The notes beneath the pieces were generated by a model. The model did no database searches, was not told where the DNA came from, and saw only the letters and a program-made list of their open reading frames with translations. This document shows, in pieces, positions 27,595-37,525 of a stretch of DNA of 50,004 nt (position 1 is its first letter; each line of letters begins with the position of its first letter). The DNA is taken from the IMG/VR virus record IMGVR_UViG_3300033159_000002, positions 1 through 50,004 of that record. One strand, written 5' to 3'. Position numbers and translations under genes: made by a program.

Positions 27595-27918
27595 ATGAAA
27601 TATTTATGGCAAATTGTTAGAAAATTACAAGAAAAAGACGAACTAAATGAGGAAGAATGGAAAGACCTAATTGACTATCTAAACGTCTTGAAAGAGGGGT
27701 TACAGAAGCTTAGAATTATATTGTACAATGATTATGTGAGGTATATCGTCGATTTTGACGTGGTATTTAAAGATCCCTGGTATGTTTCTGAGGTGCGTTT
27801 AAAATGTTTGGAGATAGAGGGAGGATGCGGATTTCTCTATCTAGACGACTTCTTATGGAGAATATTCACAGATCAAATAGAAGTAAAGCCTTTCATAAGC
27901 GAGGTGACTGACCAATGA
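27595..27918 (+). CDS. Hypothetical protein
   Basis: RBS GAGGTGA; CLEIEGGC. Confidence 0.7.
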   Translation: MKYLWQIVRKLQEKDELNEEEWKDLIDYLNVLKEGLQKLRIILYNDYVRYIVDFDVVFKDPWYVSEVRLKCLEIEGGCGFLYLDDFLWRIFTDQIEVKPFISEVTDQ

Positions 27919-28220
27919 TTTTCAATTCATCTACTGTACAAAAATACATTTTGAATGGCGCTAAAGCAGTCGCGACAATTAGGAAGGCTGGTTATTATGA
28001 GTTAGGTAAGAGGGTTGTAATGAAAGTTGGAGACAGGAGATTTTATGGTAAGGTTGTTGCAATAGCCCCTGTCAAATCCTCCTACCTAAGAGAGTATGTC
28101 GACTATAGCGGGTTTCAAAGCGTTGAGGAATGGGTAGCGGAAGCCGAGAGGATCTATAAAGCCAAGATAGACCCCAACAAATTTCAAATAATTGTTGTGG
28201 TGATTCACCGTGGTCTATAA
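27915..28220 (+). CDS. ASCH/PUA-like domain protein
   Basis: ILNGAKAVATIRK...GKRV...YSGFQSVEEW. Confidence 0.7.
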   Translation: MIFNSSTVQKYILNGAKAVATIRKAGYYELGKRVVMKVGDRRFYGKVVAIAPVKSSYLREYVDYSGFQSVEEWVAEAERIYKAKIDPNKFQIIVVVIHRGL

Positions 28221-28767
28221 TAAGTATAATGAAATTATAGAGCATTTGAGAGAAGCGAAAGTCGATTTAGGAAATGCTGTACTTACTATTATGGATAGGA
28301 TTAACAAAATTATAGAACATCATAATGAAAATTTTGATAAAGAACAATTTGACGAATTACAGTTTCTCGAAAAGAAACTAGAGGAAATTAAAGAAATAAG
28401 AGGAGAGATAGACGACATTATCTTAGACCTCCAAGATCCTTCAAGATCCTTAGTTGACCAGCCCATTATTTTCGACTCGCCTTATGTACAGAAGTATATC
28501 ATGAGCGGAGCTAAACTCGTAGCAACAATTATGAGGACTGGCTATTATTACATAGGCAAGAAAGTTACGATGAAAGTTGGAGATAAGGAGTTCTACGGCA
28601 AAGTTGTTGCAACAAAACCCCTTAACCTTTTCACATTAAGTGAGTATGTTAACTATAGTGGTTTTGGTGGCGTCTGGGAGTGGTTGTTTGAAGCTACTCA
28701 GCAGTATAAAGCTGCAATGAATCCCGATAAATTCGAAATAGTTGTCATTGAGGTGGATCGCAAATGA
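28210..28767 (+). CDS. Coiled-coil plus ASCH-like domain protein (paralog of 27915..28220)
   Basis: C-terminal ~100 aa are clearly similar to the preceding ORF. Confidence 0.75.
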   Translation: MVYNKYNEIIEHLREAKVDLGNAVLTIMDRINKIIEHHNENFDKEQFDELQFLEKKLEEIKEIRGEIDDIILDLQDPSRSLVDQPIIFDSPYVQKYIMSGAKLVATIMRTGYYYIGKKVTMKVGDKEFYGKVVATKPLNLFTLSEYVNYSGFGGVWEWLFEATQQYKAAMNPDKFEIVVIEVDRK

Positions 28768-29198
28768 AGGTCGCAATATGGATTTCCAGGGAGAAAATAT
28801 TGCCAGTCCAGTGGAAGTTGCTGAAGGACGCTGGCTATAATATAATAGTATATAATAAAGGAATATACAATGTCGAGGACTTTCTAGACGAGGTAAAGAA
28901 CTTAAATAAGGAAATATATGAAAGAGTCTTGCTAATCCCAGTAGTCCCAGAAAGCGTGAAGATGAAACTTCTAGAGGAGATTAGGAATCGTAACCTAAAA
29001 TTTGAGGTCGTAGAACCAGTAATGAAGGAAATAGGAAGATACGATAACGAGGTACTGTGCAAAATGCAGCTATCGCAGAACCCAGACAGCAGAGTCACAG
29101 TGAAGCTTAAGGACGGTACGTGTAAAGTATACGAATTCGTAGAGTTCAAACGTCTAGTTGAATACGTTAAGCGCTATGATGAAGGGTGGTCACTATAA
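28764..29198 (+). CDS. Hypothetical alpha/beta protein
   Basis: Operon member; WISRE..Q..L and IPVVP motifs. Confidence 0.7.
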   Translation: MKVAIWISREKILPVQWKLLKDAGYNIIVYNKGIYNVEDFLDEVKNLNKEIYERVLLIPVVPESVKMKLLEEIRNRNLKFEVVEPVMKEIGRYDNEVLCKMQLSQNPDSRVTVKLKDGTCKVYEFVEFKRLVEYVKRYDEGWSL

Positions 29199-29215
29199 GA
29201 TGAACAATACTAGAG

Positions 29216-29446
29216 GTGATGAAAGTGGAAGAAGATTGGGAAGAAGAAAACGAAATGGATCTCTATGAAGAAGATGATGAGGAAGAGCTAGAAAACATAG
29301 AGGATGAAGTAGATGAGATCTGCAGGAGGGTAACGAGTTGTGAGGACTGTCCATGGGAGGTATGCGGGGATTTGTGCGAAATCATTTGCGAGGATGAGGA
29401 AGAGGAATTGGAAGAGGACATGGAGGATCTCTATGAGGAGGAGTGA
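29216..29446 (+). CDS. Extremely acidic Cys-cluster protein
   Basis: More than 50% D/E; C-x5-CxxC-x4-C-x3-C-x3-C. Confidence 0.7.
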   Translation: MMKVEEDWEEENEMDLYEEDDEEELENIEDEVDEICRRVTSCEDCPWEVCGDLCEIICEDEEEELEEDMEDLYEEE

Positions 29447-29464
29447 AATAAATGGGGAGGTAAA

Positions 29465-30055
29465 ATGATTGAACTTAAGGAAATTTATAAAATACGCCCT
29501 AAAATAATCCCTAAGAACATCATTTACACTATTGACAGTTACGCTGAGAAGCAGTCGATTAGGATGTCGGTGAAATACGCAAGAGTAGACGAGGACTTAG
29601 GCTGGAAAGTGCCGTTGGTCTGGGATTATGACGACCTAAAGAAAATTAAGGGATTTGATAAGCTTATAGAGATCGTCAGTGGCAAGAAAGTGATTGAAAT
29701 AGGAGGAGGTAACGGATATTTAGCCTATATATTGTCGCATTATGCCAAACATGTAGACACATTTGAGGGTTGGTCTCCTTATGCAGTGGTTTATAGTAAT
29801 TATATATTTCCAGAGGTGGTAAGAAAGGAACTTAGCCTCAACTACATTATAAGATACGTAACAGAAGATGATTTGCAGTATTTAGGTAGGTATGACGTTG
29901 GAATTTATTCTGGACTAGATAAGTACAGCGAAATTCTAAGCATGCTCAGCAAGGTCTCAGAGAACGTTATATGGATAACGTTTTGCAACGTAAAGGAGAA
30001 AGACAAAATTAATACTGATATTGACGTTTGTATGTTCAATCTGAAGAGGGAGTAG
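29465..30055 (+). CDS. Class I SAM-dependent methyltransferase
   Basis: KVIEIGGGNGYLA motif I; VDTFE motif II. Confidence 0.8.
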   Translation: MIELKEIYKIRPKIIPKNIIYTIDSYAEKQSIRMSVKYARVDEDLGWKVPLVWDYDDLKKIKGFDKLIEIVSGKKVIEIGGGNGYLAYILSHYAKHVDTFEGWSPYAVVYSNYIFPEVVRKELSLNYIIRYVTEDDLQYLGRYDVGIYSGLDKYSEILSMLSKVSENVIWITFCNVKEKDKINTDIDVCMFNLKRE

Positions 30056-30113
30056 AATGAAAGTGATAAAGCGATTGACAGATCTCGTTCATTCTAGTGG
30101 TAGGTGAGGAAAA

Positions 30114-30842
30114 ATGGACAAGGATGAACTTAAGCGAATAATACTAGAACTTCCCGATAACTCACCGAAGTTGTTGGAGTATTTGAAAGAAGCTAAGGAG
30201 AAAGGATGGACTGATGTTATCGATATGATTGCCGTGAAGTTAGGACTAAAGGAGGCGAAGAAGAAAGGAAAGAGAGAGGAGAGCGAGTTACTTAAGAAGA
30301 TTCTGAAGCCACTGGGCAAAAAGAAGATAGAACATAGTTGGGACTATTCGGTTGATTTTCTCGAAGCCAAGAAAGTCCTCACTAACGCTTACAAACAGCT
30401 ATTTGATCTCAATCTGATGCCCTATGAGGCTTATGTGGCAATTCTCTTGATACAGCTGATTAACGGTGCTAGAATTAAAGAAGCGATCAGAGCGTTCAAA
30501 ACATTCGTGGAATCAAATCAAAGGGAGTTCCAACTAAAAGCAGAAAAGCATGGCAACATAAGGTTCTTCATTATTCCTGAGGTCATTAGAAACAGACTAG
30601 CGTATAAATCGATACTGACAATTGATGATGATAAACTAGAAGCGAGGATAAGGATGTTTGCACGGAAGTACTTGAAGTGTAATACGCATTCGCTACGATA
30701 TGCACTGATCTCCTTTTTGGCAAAAAATGCAACAGATCCAGCACTTATCGCGAAAATAACTGGACATAAGAAGTTGGACAGAATTGTACAGTATACACAG
30801 ACGAAAGACGCGATTGAAATCTTACGTAAACTGGGGAGTTAA
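30114..30842 (+). CDS. Tyrosine recombinase (Xer/integrase-like, minimal)
   Basis: NGARIKEA (R), AEK (K), HSLRY (HxxR), TGHK (H) and QYT (Y) catalytic set. Confidence 0.9.
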   Translation: MDKDELKRIILELPDNSPKLLEYLKEAKEKGWTDVIDMIAVKLGLKEAKKKGKREESELLKKILKPLGKKKIEHSWDYSVDFLEAKKVLTNAYKQLFDLNLMPYEAYVAILLIQLINGARIKEAIRAFKTFVESNQREFQLKAEKHGNIRFFIIPEVIRNRLAYKSILTIDDDKLEARIRMFARKYLKCNTHSLRYALISFLAKNATDPALIAKITGHKKLDRIVQYTQTKDAIEILRKLGS

Positions 30843-30850
30843 CCTATGTT

Positions 30851-31009
30851 CAGTTCGACTTAACGTCACCCTTTTTTCCTTAGTTCGCACTTTTGGCTAT
30901 ATATACCTCTTCGAACCTTTCCCTAGTTTTTATCTCCCTATTTCAGTTTCACCACTACGAAATTAAAACATGTTAAGGCTTTCCGTCCCCCTAACCCCTT
31001 TCTTTGTAA
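30851..31009 (+). repeat. Dispersed non-coding repeat, copy 3
   Basis: Aligns over ~160 bp with 38799-38958. Confidence 0.9.
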
Positions 31010-31101
31010 AATTGTATATATTCCTTATATATATAATATAAGGGAAAGATCTGACAAAACGAATGATAAGCTCAGTGAGGAGGAAATCAGCTCTCTTGTT
31101 T

Positions 31102-31138
31102 TTTATTTTTTAACTTATCCTCCTACTTCTTATTAATG
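31102..31138 (+). promoter_or_regulatory. Leaderless T-rich promoter class TTTATTTTTTA...CCTACTTCTT..ATG (representative)
   Basis: Similar sequences precede ATGs at 2973, 4183(-), 31136, 38317, 39420, 39886 and 44190. Confidence 0.8.
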
Positions 31139-31369
31139 ACATTTCGTAAAATAGATAACGGGGTAGAAATAAAATACGATAATGGTTATACCATCAAGAT
31201 TAAGGTTGAAGGAGATAAGCTTAAGCTGAGAGAAGAATATGAAGGTAGGCCGTACACTGACACGATGTTTTACCTCTCGCCAAGCCAAGCAATCGAAATA
31301 AAAAAGGCGTTGAAAGAAGCTAAAAGTGCAGATGATGTATTGAGGTTACTGCAGGGTGTTGTGAGATGA
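31136..31369 (+). CDS. Small hypothetical protein
   Basis: Conserved leaderless promoter. Confidence 0.75.
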   Translation: MTFRKIDNGVEIKYDNGYTIKIKVEGDKLKLREEYEGRPYTDTMFYLSPSQAIEIKKALKEAKSADDVLRLLQGVVR

Positions 31370-32244
31370 TTTACAGACCACGTTTTACATACGTTAAAGC
31401 TACTCATGAACAAGAAGAACGAGAAACAGCTTCCCCTAATCCACCAACACGTGAGCAAGAACTAAAATCTACAATATTTGGGCCTGAACGTGGACCTCTA
31501 GACCTATTGCAATTGAAACCCAAATTACCTATAACACCTCTCCCCCAGATTGCTTATCCATGGCACGAACCCAACCAGCCTGCATTTACACTTAGAGACC
31601 TGCAGCAATTGCTCAGCCACTTATCTAAAACACCTCTCCCTAGGTTGCCTACGCCTGAGGGAGAACCTAGAGAAGCACCATTCCCCAAACCACCAACACG
31701 TGAGCAAGAACCTGAACCAATAGCATCTATACCTGTGCCCATATGGAAAATACTATCACTTGTCCACATATACCCTGCTCCCAACCCACACCCTACAAAC
31801 CGTCCAATAGGTATAACAGTAATACAACCAACTCATCAAATACCATTAATGTCACCACCAACACGTGAACCAGAACATGAACTAACAGTAATTGTACCTA
31901 GAGACCTACAGCAATTACTTAACCAGTTACCCATACAACTCAGAGACATACTGCAAAACGCAAAATTCATAACCACCCTGCCTATCACCAACCCCCCAAG
32001 AGAACCGATCGTTAACCCACCAATACCTATAACGCCAATACCTATAATAAGACCTTCTGAGGGTGGATCGGAACGCGAACAAATAACATCTTTGCCTATC
32101 GAGCTCCCAGAGCCAACACCGCCTATAATATTTACACCTAGAGACCTACTGCAACCACTTACCTATTTCCTAGCACAAGAGCAGGAACTTAGACCACCTA
32201 CATTCACACCTCAGGAGCTATTACAAGCACATTTGACGTACTAA
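31366..32244 (+). CDS. Pro-rich low-complexity repeat protein (paralog family with the 32257 N-terminus and 37526)
   Basis: Repeated PPTREQE and FTxRDLQQLL motifs. Confidence 0.8.
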   Translation: MIYRPRFTYVKATHEQEERETASPNPPTREQELKSTIFGPERGPLDLLQLKPKLPITPLPQIAYPWHEPNQPAFTLRDLQQLLSHLSKTPLPRLPTPEGEPREAPFPKPPTREQEPEPIASIPVPIWKILSLVHIYPAPNPHPTNRPIGITVIQPTHQIPLMSPPTREPEHELTVIVPRDLQQLLNQLPIQLRDILQNAKFITTLPITNPPREPIVNPPIPITPIPIIRPSEGGSEREQITSLPIELPEPTPPIIFTPRDLLQPLTYFLAQEQELRPPTFTPQELLQAHLTY

Positions 32245-32256
32245 AGGTGATGTGAG

Positions 32257-35200
32257 GTGTTCTTCAGACCACATTTTACATATATTGAAGCAGCTACAGC
32301 AGAACAAACACAGGCTAGGGAAGCTGCTGCAAACGAAGAATGGAGGAAAAGGCTCCTCCTAAGACCTTCTGAGATTAAAATACAACACAAATCGATAACG
32401 TCTATACCTAGAGAAGTAATAATAAAGCTTACCCACCTTTCAGCACATGAGCAAGAACCAATCGTTAACCCGCCAGCACATATAACCCTAGTACGTATCA
32501 TAAGGCCTCGTGAGAGTGAGCAGGAACCAAACCCGCCAGCACATGAAAGACAAAGGCGTATCTATTTCTTTGGAGGATCTTCCCCTAATTTACCTACCGA
32601 TCTCCAGAAGCCTAGGCCGTTTATAACATATGTTCCTAATAGTTTTTGGGATCAAATTACCCGTAAGCAAGAAACAAACTCATCTGCTGTACACCACACA
32701 GAAGGGCTTAGTCCATGGGCACGTAGTCATATAGCAATGGCGCCTGATGAAAGAACTCCAACACCTAAACTAACCCCGTTCGACCAACTTCATATGGCAG
32801 CATCTGGTATCGAAGGGTCCCCAACACTGAATTCTGGTCCTGTAATACCACACATTTATAACCCTCCACCAATAATGCCAGTCAATTCCCCACCATCACA
32901 GCCACCAGCTCACAACAATGCTAGTCCTCCACCACCGCCTCCATCCAATAACACACCTTCGCAATCCAGTAACCCATTCGGCTTCTTCGGTTCTTTATTT
33001 GGTTCAGTCGTTAACGCTGTGACTAACGCAGTAAGTGGAGGTAATAATTCGGGAGGAGGTCAATCAAATAACCCGCTCACGTCGTTCCTCAGCTCTGCTG
33101 CAAATGCTGTGTCTAGCATGGCGAATGCTATTGGAAACGCAATAAGTCATGGCCAAATCGTTGCTAATGCGGCAACTTCTGGAGGCCAACCCAGTAACCC
33201 ATTCGGTGCGATAGGTTCGTTCTTTAGTTCAGTTGGTAATGATATTACCAATGCTGCATCCACATTTGTTAGTGATGTAACTAACGCAGTACAGAGTGCT
33301 GGGAGCGCAATAACTGGAGCATTGTCAACTGCTGGAAATGCAATAAAGAACGCTGCGTCCACAATTGGTAGCGACATAACTAACGCAGCAAAGGATGTTG
33401 GAAACGCAGTAACTAGCGCATTATCAACTGCTGGGAAAGCAGTAACTGGTGCACTGACGGATGTCGGGAACACAGTAATTGGAGCACTTTCAGCTGCGAA
33501 TAACGCAATACAGAACGCGTATAACTCCGTTTACGGAAACAAAATCCAGCAAGAGAAGCAGCAATTAGAGAACCAGCTCAAACAATTACAGCAGCAAGCG
33601 CAGCAAGAGTTAAACCAAATTCAACAGGAGAAACAGCAAGTACAAAACCAGTTGCAGCAAGTGCAGCAGCAAGCCCAACAAGAGTTAAACCAAATTCAAC
33701 AGGAGAAACAGCAAGTACAAAACCAGTTGCAGCAAGTGCAGCAGCAAGCCCAACAAGAGTTAAGTCAGCTTAACCAAGCCCAACAACAAATACAAAGTCA
33801 GTTGCAACAAGCCCAACAACAGGGTCAGCAGGAATTAATGCAAATAAGCCAACAGGAACAACAATTACAAGCTGAGTTACAACAAATACAACAATATGAA
33901 GCACAAGCCGAGCAGATGCTACAACAGAATCCTAACAATCCACAATTACAGAGCTACTTACAACAATTGCAGCAACAGCAACAACAAATACTGCAAAACT
34001 TAGCTCAGCTTAACCAGGCACAGCAGGAAGTACAGACGTACTTACAGCAAACTCAGCTTCAAGCACAGCAGGAGTTAATGCAAATTAACCAAGCCCAACA
34101 ACAAATACAAAGTCAGTTACAATTAGCTGAACAGCAAGCCCAACAAGACTTAGCTCAGCTTAACCAAGCCCAACAACAAGTACAGACGTACTTACAACAA
34201 GTGCAACAACAAGCCCAACAGGATCTGAACAAGCTTAACCAAGCCCAACAACAAATACAAAGTCAGTTGCAACAAGCCCAACAACAAATACAACAAGAGT
34301 TAGCGCAACTCAACAAACAACAACAAGGGGGTAACCCACTCCAACAGTTCTTTACTGACGTAGCTGATGTTTCAGCATTAATAGGCTATTACGCTACTGA
34401 AGGATTGGGCGGTGTCGGAGAGGAGTTGGCTCACCTTGTACAGGGTAAGGGTCTTGAGAATTTCAGCCAAGCGATTGCACAGTTCAATAAGGCAGGAGGG
34501 CAAAACATCGCTAAGATTGTAGGTGATGTCACGGAAGTCGCGTTACCTGCGATAATTACTGCGGTCGTTGCACCTGAACTACTACCCGCCGAGCTCATCG
34601 GCGAAGCATCATCGGTAGGTATCGGCGAAGTCGCTACAAAGCTCACCACAGGTCACTGGCAATCACTACAGCAAGTGTTACAGGAGGCAAATGAGGGTGG
34701 TGTGCTAGGCGCTATCGGCGAAGCTGGCGGTCTAGCATTAGAGTCTGGCCTAGCGAAGGGGGCAGGCGCATTAACGAAGTTGTTGACAGGTAGCGAAGAC
34801 TTGGCGTCGCAAGTGGCACACCTAACACCAGTGTGGAGAGCGGCAGGCGGTGCGTTAACTAACGTGGCACTACAGTTACCTTTCTCGCAGAACCCTGAGC
34901 AGCTGGCAATCGCTGGAATCATAGGCGGTTTGGCAGGTGGCTTAGGCCCTGGTATAGCGGGCAAATTGATGAGCAAGATAGACGAGATTAGAGGGACTGG
35001 TGGTGTAGCAGAACTAGAAACGCTCACATCACCCCTCACTGGCGAGACCACAGAAGCGTGGAAGATAACGCTACCCAGCGGTGACACGGTTTACTTAGTA
35101 CCAAAAACTACGTTCGGAGAAGGAGATATTAGCGACTTCGTAGACGCATACACAGGTAAAACTACTTTAGCGACTCACGTGACTCCATCGCGTGATTTCC

Positions 35201-36651
35201 TTAATGAGGTTGCTAATGGAGAAGCGCTTGTAAAGGTAGCAGGCGAACCGCCTAAAGATGAATGGGCGTTCCGAGAGTGGGGACATTTAAGGAATTTATA
35301 CCTCTCGCCTGGCGAAAGTGAGGACGTGGGAGTAGCGTTAACTGCATACTCAGGACTAAAGGACACAGAGCCTGGCATACCTGAGTTCAGCATAGGTCGT
35401 TCAAGTGTGAAAAACGTACTCTACAGATTCCTTCACCCCTTTGATAGAGGTGGTATAATAGGTATAAAGACTGATGCTGTTGATATTGAACCTCCTGAGG
35501 AGTTAGTCGATTATATTTTGGCTAAGAAAGCAGAGTATTTGGCGAACGTAGAATCTAACTGGTTGAAAAAATTCGCGAATAACTTCGCCATGAAGGAGTT
35601 ACTTAACGATCCAATATATGGCCCCATGTATAAAGAATACATAAACGAGCTGCTGACCTATAGTGCTGAGCACGGGGAACCTGTAATCGACCCTGAGGGG
35701 TTATTAGGCCTCACTCACGAGAGGCAGATAGAACTCGCTCCTGGTGCTAAGTTGAGAGGAACTGGAGAAGTGTATAATATATGGGTGAGACAGACACCAG
35801 AACTATTTAGAAACCTACCTGGGCCTCTGCGTGATATCCTCTCCGACTGGTCGAGATTCAAGTATGTCGGAGCAGAAATCATCCCTGGCGAGCCTCTTAA
35901 CTTGTTTGAGGACACAGAGAGTAATGAGACAGGAGGAGAGAGAATACCAGAATTGGGTGGTGAAGAGGGAGGAGAGAGAATACCAGAATTGGGTGGTGAA
36001 GAGGGAGGAGAGAGAATACCTAAGTTGCAAGGTGAGGAAGGAGGTGAAGAGGGAGGAGAGAGAATACTTAACGAGGGTGGGGAATGGAGGCTACCAGAAC
36101 CGATTTTACGGGAACCGTTCTGGATGGAACGTGAACCTCAACTAGAGAGTTCAGAGTTACCAACATATACTTCACCTCCACGGGACATTTATTCGTCCCC
36201 CTCACCAATTAGCAACCCACCACCTCCAATAATATCATCCCCATCGGTACCCACCATTAACCCACCATCTTCAACGTTGCCACCGATACCTCCTATTAAT
36301 TCACCGCCTTCGCCATCGCCAATAACATCACCGCCACCTTCACCCACCATTTCACCGCCTCCTCCAATCAACTCACCGCCCTCACCGCCATCCATCAGTT
36401 CACCACCGCCAATAAATTCTCCTCCACCACCCCCTATTATTAATATACCACCATCTGAGTACATACAGATAGAATCACAATCATCACCACCACCGCCAAT
36501 ATTCTCTTCGTCAACTGTTACCGAAAACGAATCGCCAATGCCGATGGGCCCACCACCAATATTGCCAGCGATAATGCCAGGTGGTTTTGGAGGAGGCGGA
36601 AACAACAACATGGAAATTAGCGGGATGGCAGGCGAGGTGATCTACCTGTGA
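32257..36651 (+). CDS. Giant multidomain protein (1464 aa): Pro-rich, amphipathic 11-mer repeats, Gln-rich coiled coil, hydrophobic G/A helices, globular (ART-like?) domain, Pro-rich tail
   Basis: Sequence composition; 75-bp tandem repeat near 33604-33763; 36-bp repeats near 35932-36066. Confidence 0.9.
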   Translation: MFFRPHFTYIEAATAEQTQAREAAANEEWRKRLLLRPSEIKIQHKSITSIPREVIIKLTHLSAHEQEPIVNPPAHITLVRIIRPRESEQEPNPPAHERQRRIYFFGGSSPNLPTDLQKPRPFITYVPNSFWDQITRKQETNSSAVHHTEGLSPWARSHIAMAPDERTPTPKLTPFDQLHMAASGIEGSPTLNSGPVIPHIYNPPPIMPVNSPPSQPPAHNNASPPPPPPSNNTPSQSSNPFGFFGSLFGSVVNAVTNAVSGGNNSGGGQSNNPLTSFLSSAANAVSSMANAIGNAISHGQIVANAATSGGQPSNPFGAIGSFFSSVGNDITNAASTFVSDVTNAVQSAGSAITGALSTAGNAIKNAASTIGSDITNAAKDVGNAVTSALSTAGKAVTGALTDVGNTVIGALSAANNAIQNAYNSVYGNKIQQEKQQLENQLKQLQQQAQQELNQIQQEKQQVQNQLQQVQQQAQQELNQIQQEKQQVQNQLQQVQQQAQQELSQLNQAQQQIQSQLQQAQQQGQQELMQISQQEQQLQAELQQIQQYEAQAEQMLQQNPNNPQLQSYLQQLQQQQQQILQNLAQLNQAQQEVQTYLQQTQLQAQQELMQINQAQQQIQSQLQLAEQQAQQDLAQLNQAQQQVQTYLQQVQQQAQQDLNKLNQAQQQIQSQLQQAQQQIQQELAQLNKQQQGGNPLQQFFTDVADVSALIGYYATEGLGGVGEELAHLVQGKGLENFSQAIAQFNKAGGQNIAKIVGDVTEVALPAIITAVVAPELLPAELIGEASSVGIGEVATKLTTGHWQSLQQVLQEANEGGVLGAIGEAGGLALESGLAKGAGALTKLLTGSEDLASQVAHLTPVWRAAGGALTNVALQLPFSQNPEQLAIAGIIGGLAGGLGPGIAGKLMSKIDEIRGTGGVAELETLTSPLTGETTEAWKITLPSGDTVYLVPKTTFGEGDISDFVDAYTGKTTLATHVTPSRDFLNEVANGEALVKVAGEPPKDEWAFREWGHLRNLYLSPGESEDVGVALTAYSGLKDTEPGIPEFSIGRSSVKNVLYRFLHPFDRGGIIGIKTDAVDIEPPEELVDYILAKKAEYLANVESNWLKKFANNFAMKELLNDPIYGPMYKEYINELLTYSAEHGEPVIDPEGLLGLTHERQIELAPGAKLRGTGEVYNIWVRQTPELFRNLPGPLRDILSDWSRFKYVGAEIIPGEPLNLFEDTESNETGGERIPELGGEEGGERIPELGGEEGGERIPKLQGEEGGEEGGERILNEGGEWRLPEPILREPFWMEREPQLESSELPTYTSPPRDIYSSPSPISNPPPPIISSPSVPTINPPSSTLPPIPPINSPPSPSPITSPPPSPTISPPPPINSPPSPPSISSPPPINSPPPPPIINIPPSEYIQIESQSSPPPPIFSSSTVTENESPMPMGPPPILPAIMPGGFGGGGNNNMEISGMAGEVIYL

Positions 36652-36818
36652 GAGGTGTAGGTTGGATACACATCCAAAGACCTACATTCACACCCATAGT
36701 GTTCTACGATCCTACAGGGAAAGTGATTTATATGCCGCTAAACGCGTACCAACCTGTAATACCCAAGTAACCACCGATATACCACGTCGTTCTAGACAAT
36801 AACTTACTTACGCTTTAA
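36648..36818 (+). pseudogene. Short paralog of the C-terminus of 37526..38257 with a premature TAA at 36768
   Basis: GWIHIQRPTFTPIVFYDPTGKVIY...VIPK*PPIYHVVL versus GWIYEQRPAFTPVVFYNPAKGTIY...IIPKSPPTYHVVV; GTG start with GAGGTGA RBS. Confidence 0.75.
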
Positions 36819-37179
36819 TATAAACAATTTTTGAAGGGTCTTTCACTATAAGTCTGTAGTGGATTTCGAGAATTAGGACGCCATAATGTACACCGTTTCT
36901 GAACCACACCTCAGTAACACCAGCTCTATCTCTTTTCTTCTTCTCAACTTTAACATATTTCTTCTCAATTACGAAATGTGTTTTCTTGCCTATAAAAACA
37001 TGGTATTTGTTCTTTTTCAACATAAAACTACATGGTTGCCATGTGCCGTTGACGAAACACTCTGTGATTATATCGACGGCGCGATCTAACTTCCTCTCAT
37101 AGCCAGCGTTCTTGCTCGTGTAGAGTATGCCCTCCTTCGGCTCCCATATGCCCACCAACTTCTTCAAGGTTCTTAGCAT
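36808..37179 (-). CDS. Basic hypothetical protein
   Basis: Own TTTAAATA promoter; inserted in the opposite orientation. Confidence 0.7.
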   Translation of the reverse strand: MLRTLKKLVGIWEPKEGILYTSKNAGYERKLDRAVDIITECFVNGTWQPCSFMLKKNKYHVFIGKKTHFVIEKKYVKVEKKKRDRAGVTEVWFRNGVHYGVLILEIHYRLIVKDPSKIVYIKA

Positions 37180-37525
37180 ATCTATTTATCAGAAGCAAAA
37201 TATTTAAACACATATGTGTGCCCTAGGAAGGACTTTGTTTGAATTTTTCTCAGTAAACTGGGGAGTTTATTCAAAATTTCTAACGGGAATATAAAGTCTA
37301 CGTCAGTAGTTGAAAACCCGCACATCTCTTATTCACCGTCACACCTCGTCGTGATATAGCCACCCATCTGGTGTGACTGTACTCATATTTACATACAAAA
37401 TATATAAACTTCACGGCTTATCAGAAACTGCTGACAACGGCTTTCTGCTCCCTTAAGTACCGAAAAACTTTAAAAAACCTAAACCCTGTTTTTAAATTTA
37501 TACTTGAGTAATATACTTATAAACG

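Noticed and set aside
28764-29198. Csx16-like ring nuclease
   Set aside because: Only a vague WISR motif, with the expected His replaced by Glu; unsupported without a profile search
30851-30870. tRNA-derived attP next to the recombinase (GTTCGA T-loop-like word)
   Set aside because: No T-stem or acceptor-stem complementarity, and the word belongs to a multi-copy repeat; no tRNA gene is visible in the window
31554-36611. Numerous antisense or alternate-frame ORFs (e.g. 33147, 34653, 35831, 36189)
   Set aside because: Shadows of low-complexity Pro/Gln/Gly codons in the long plus-strand genes
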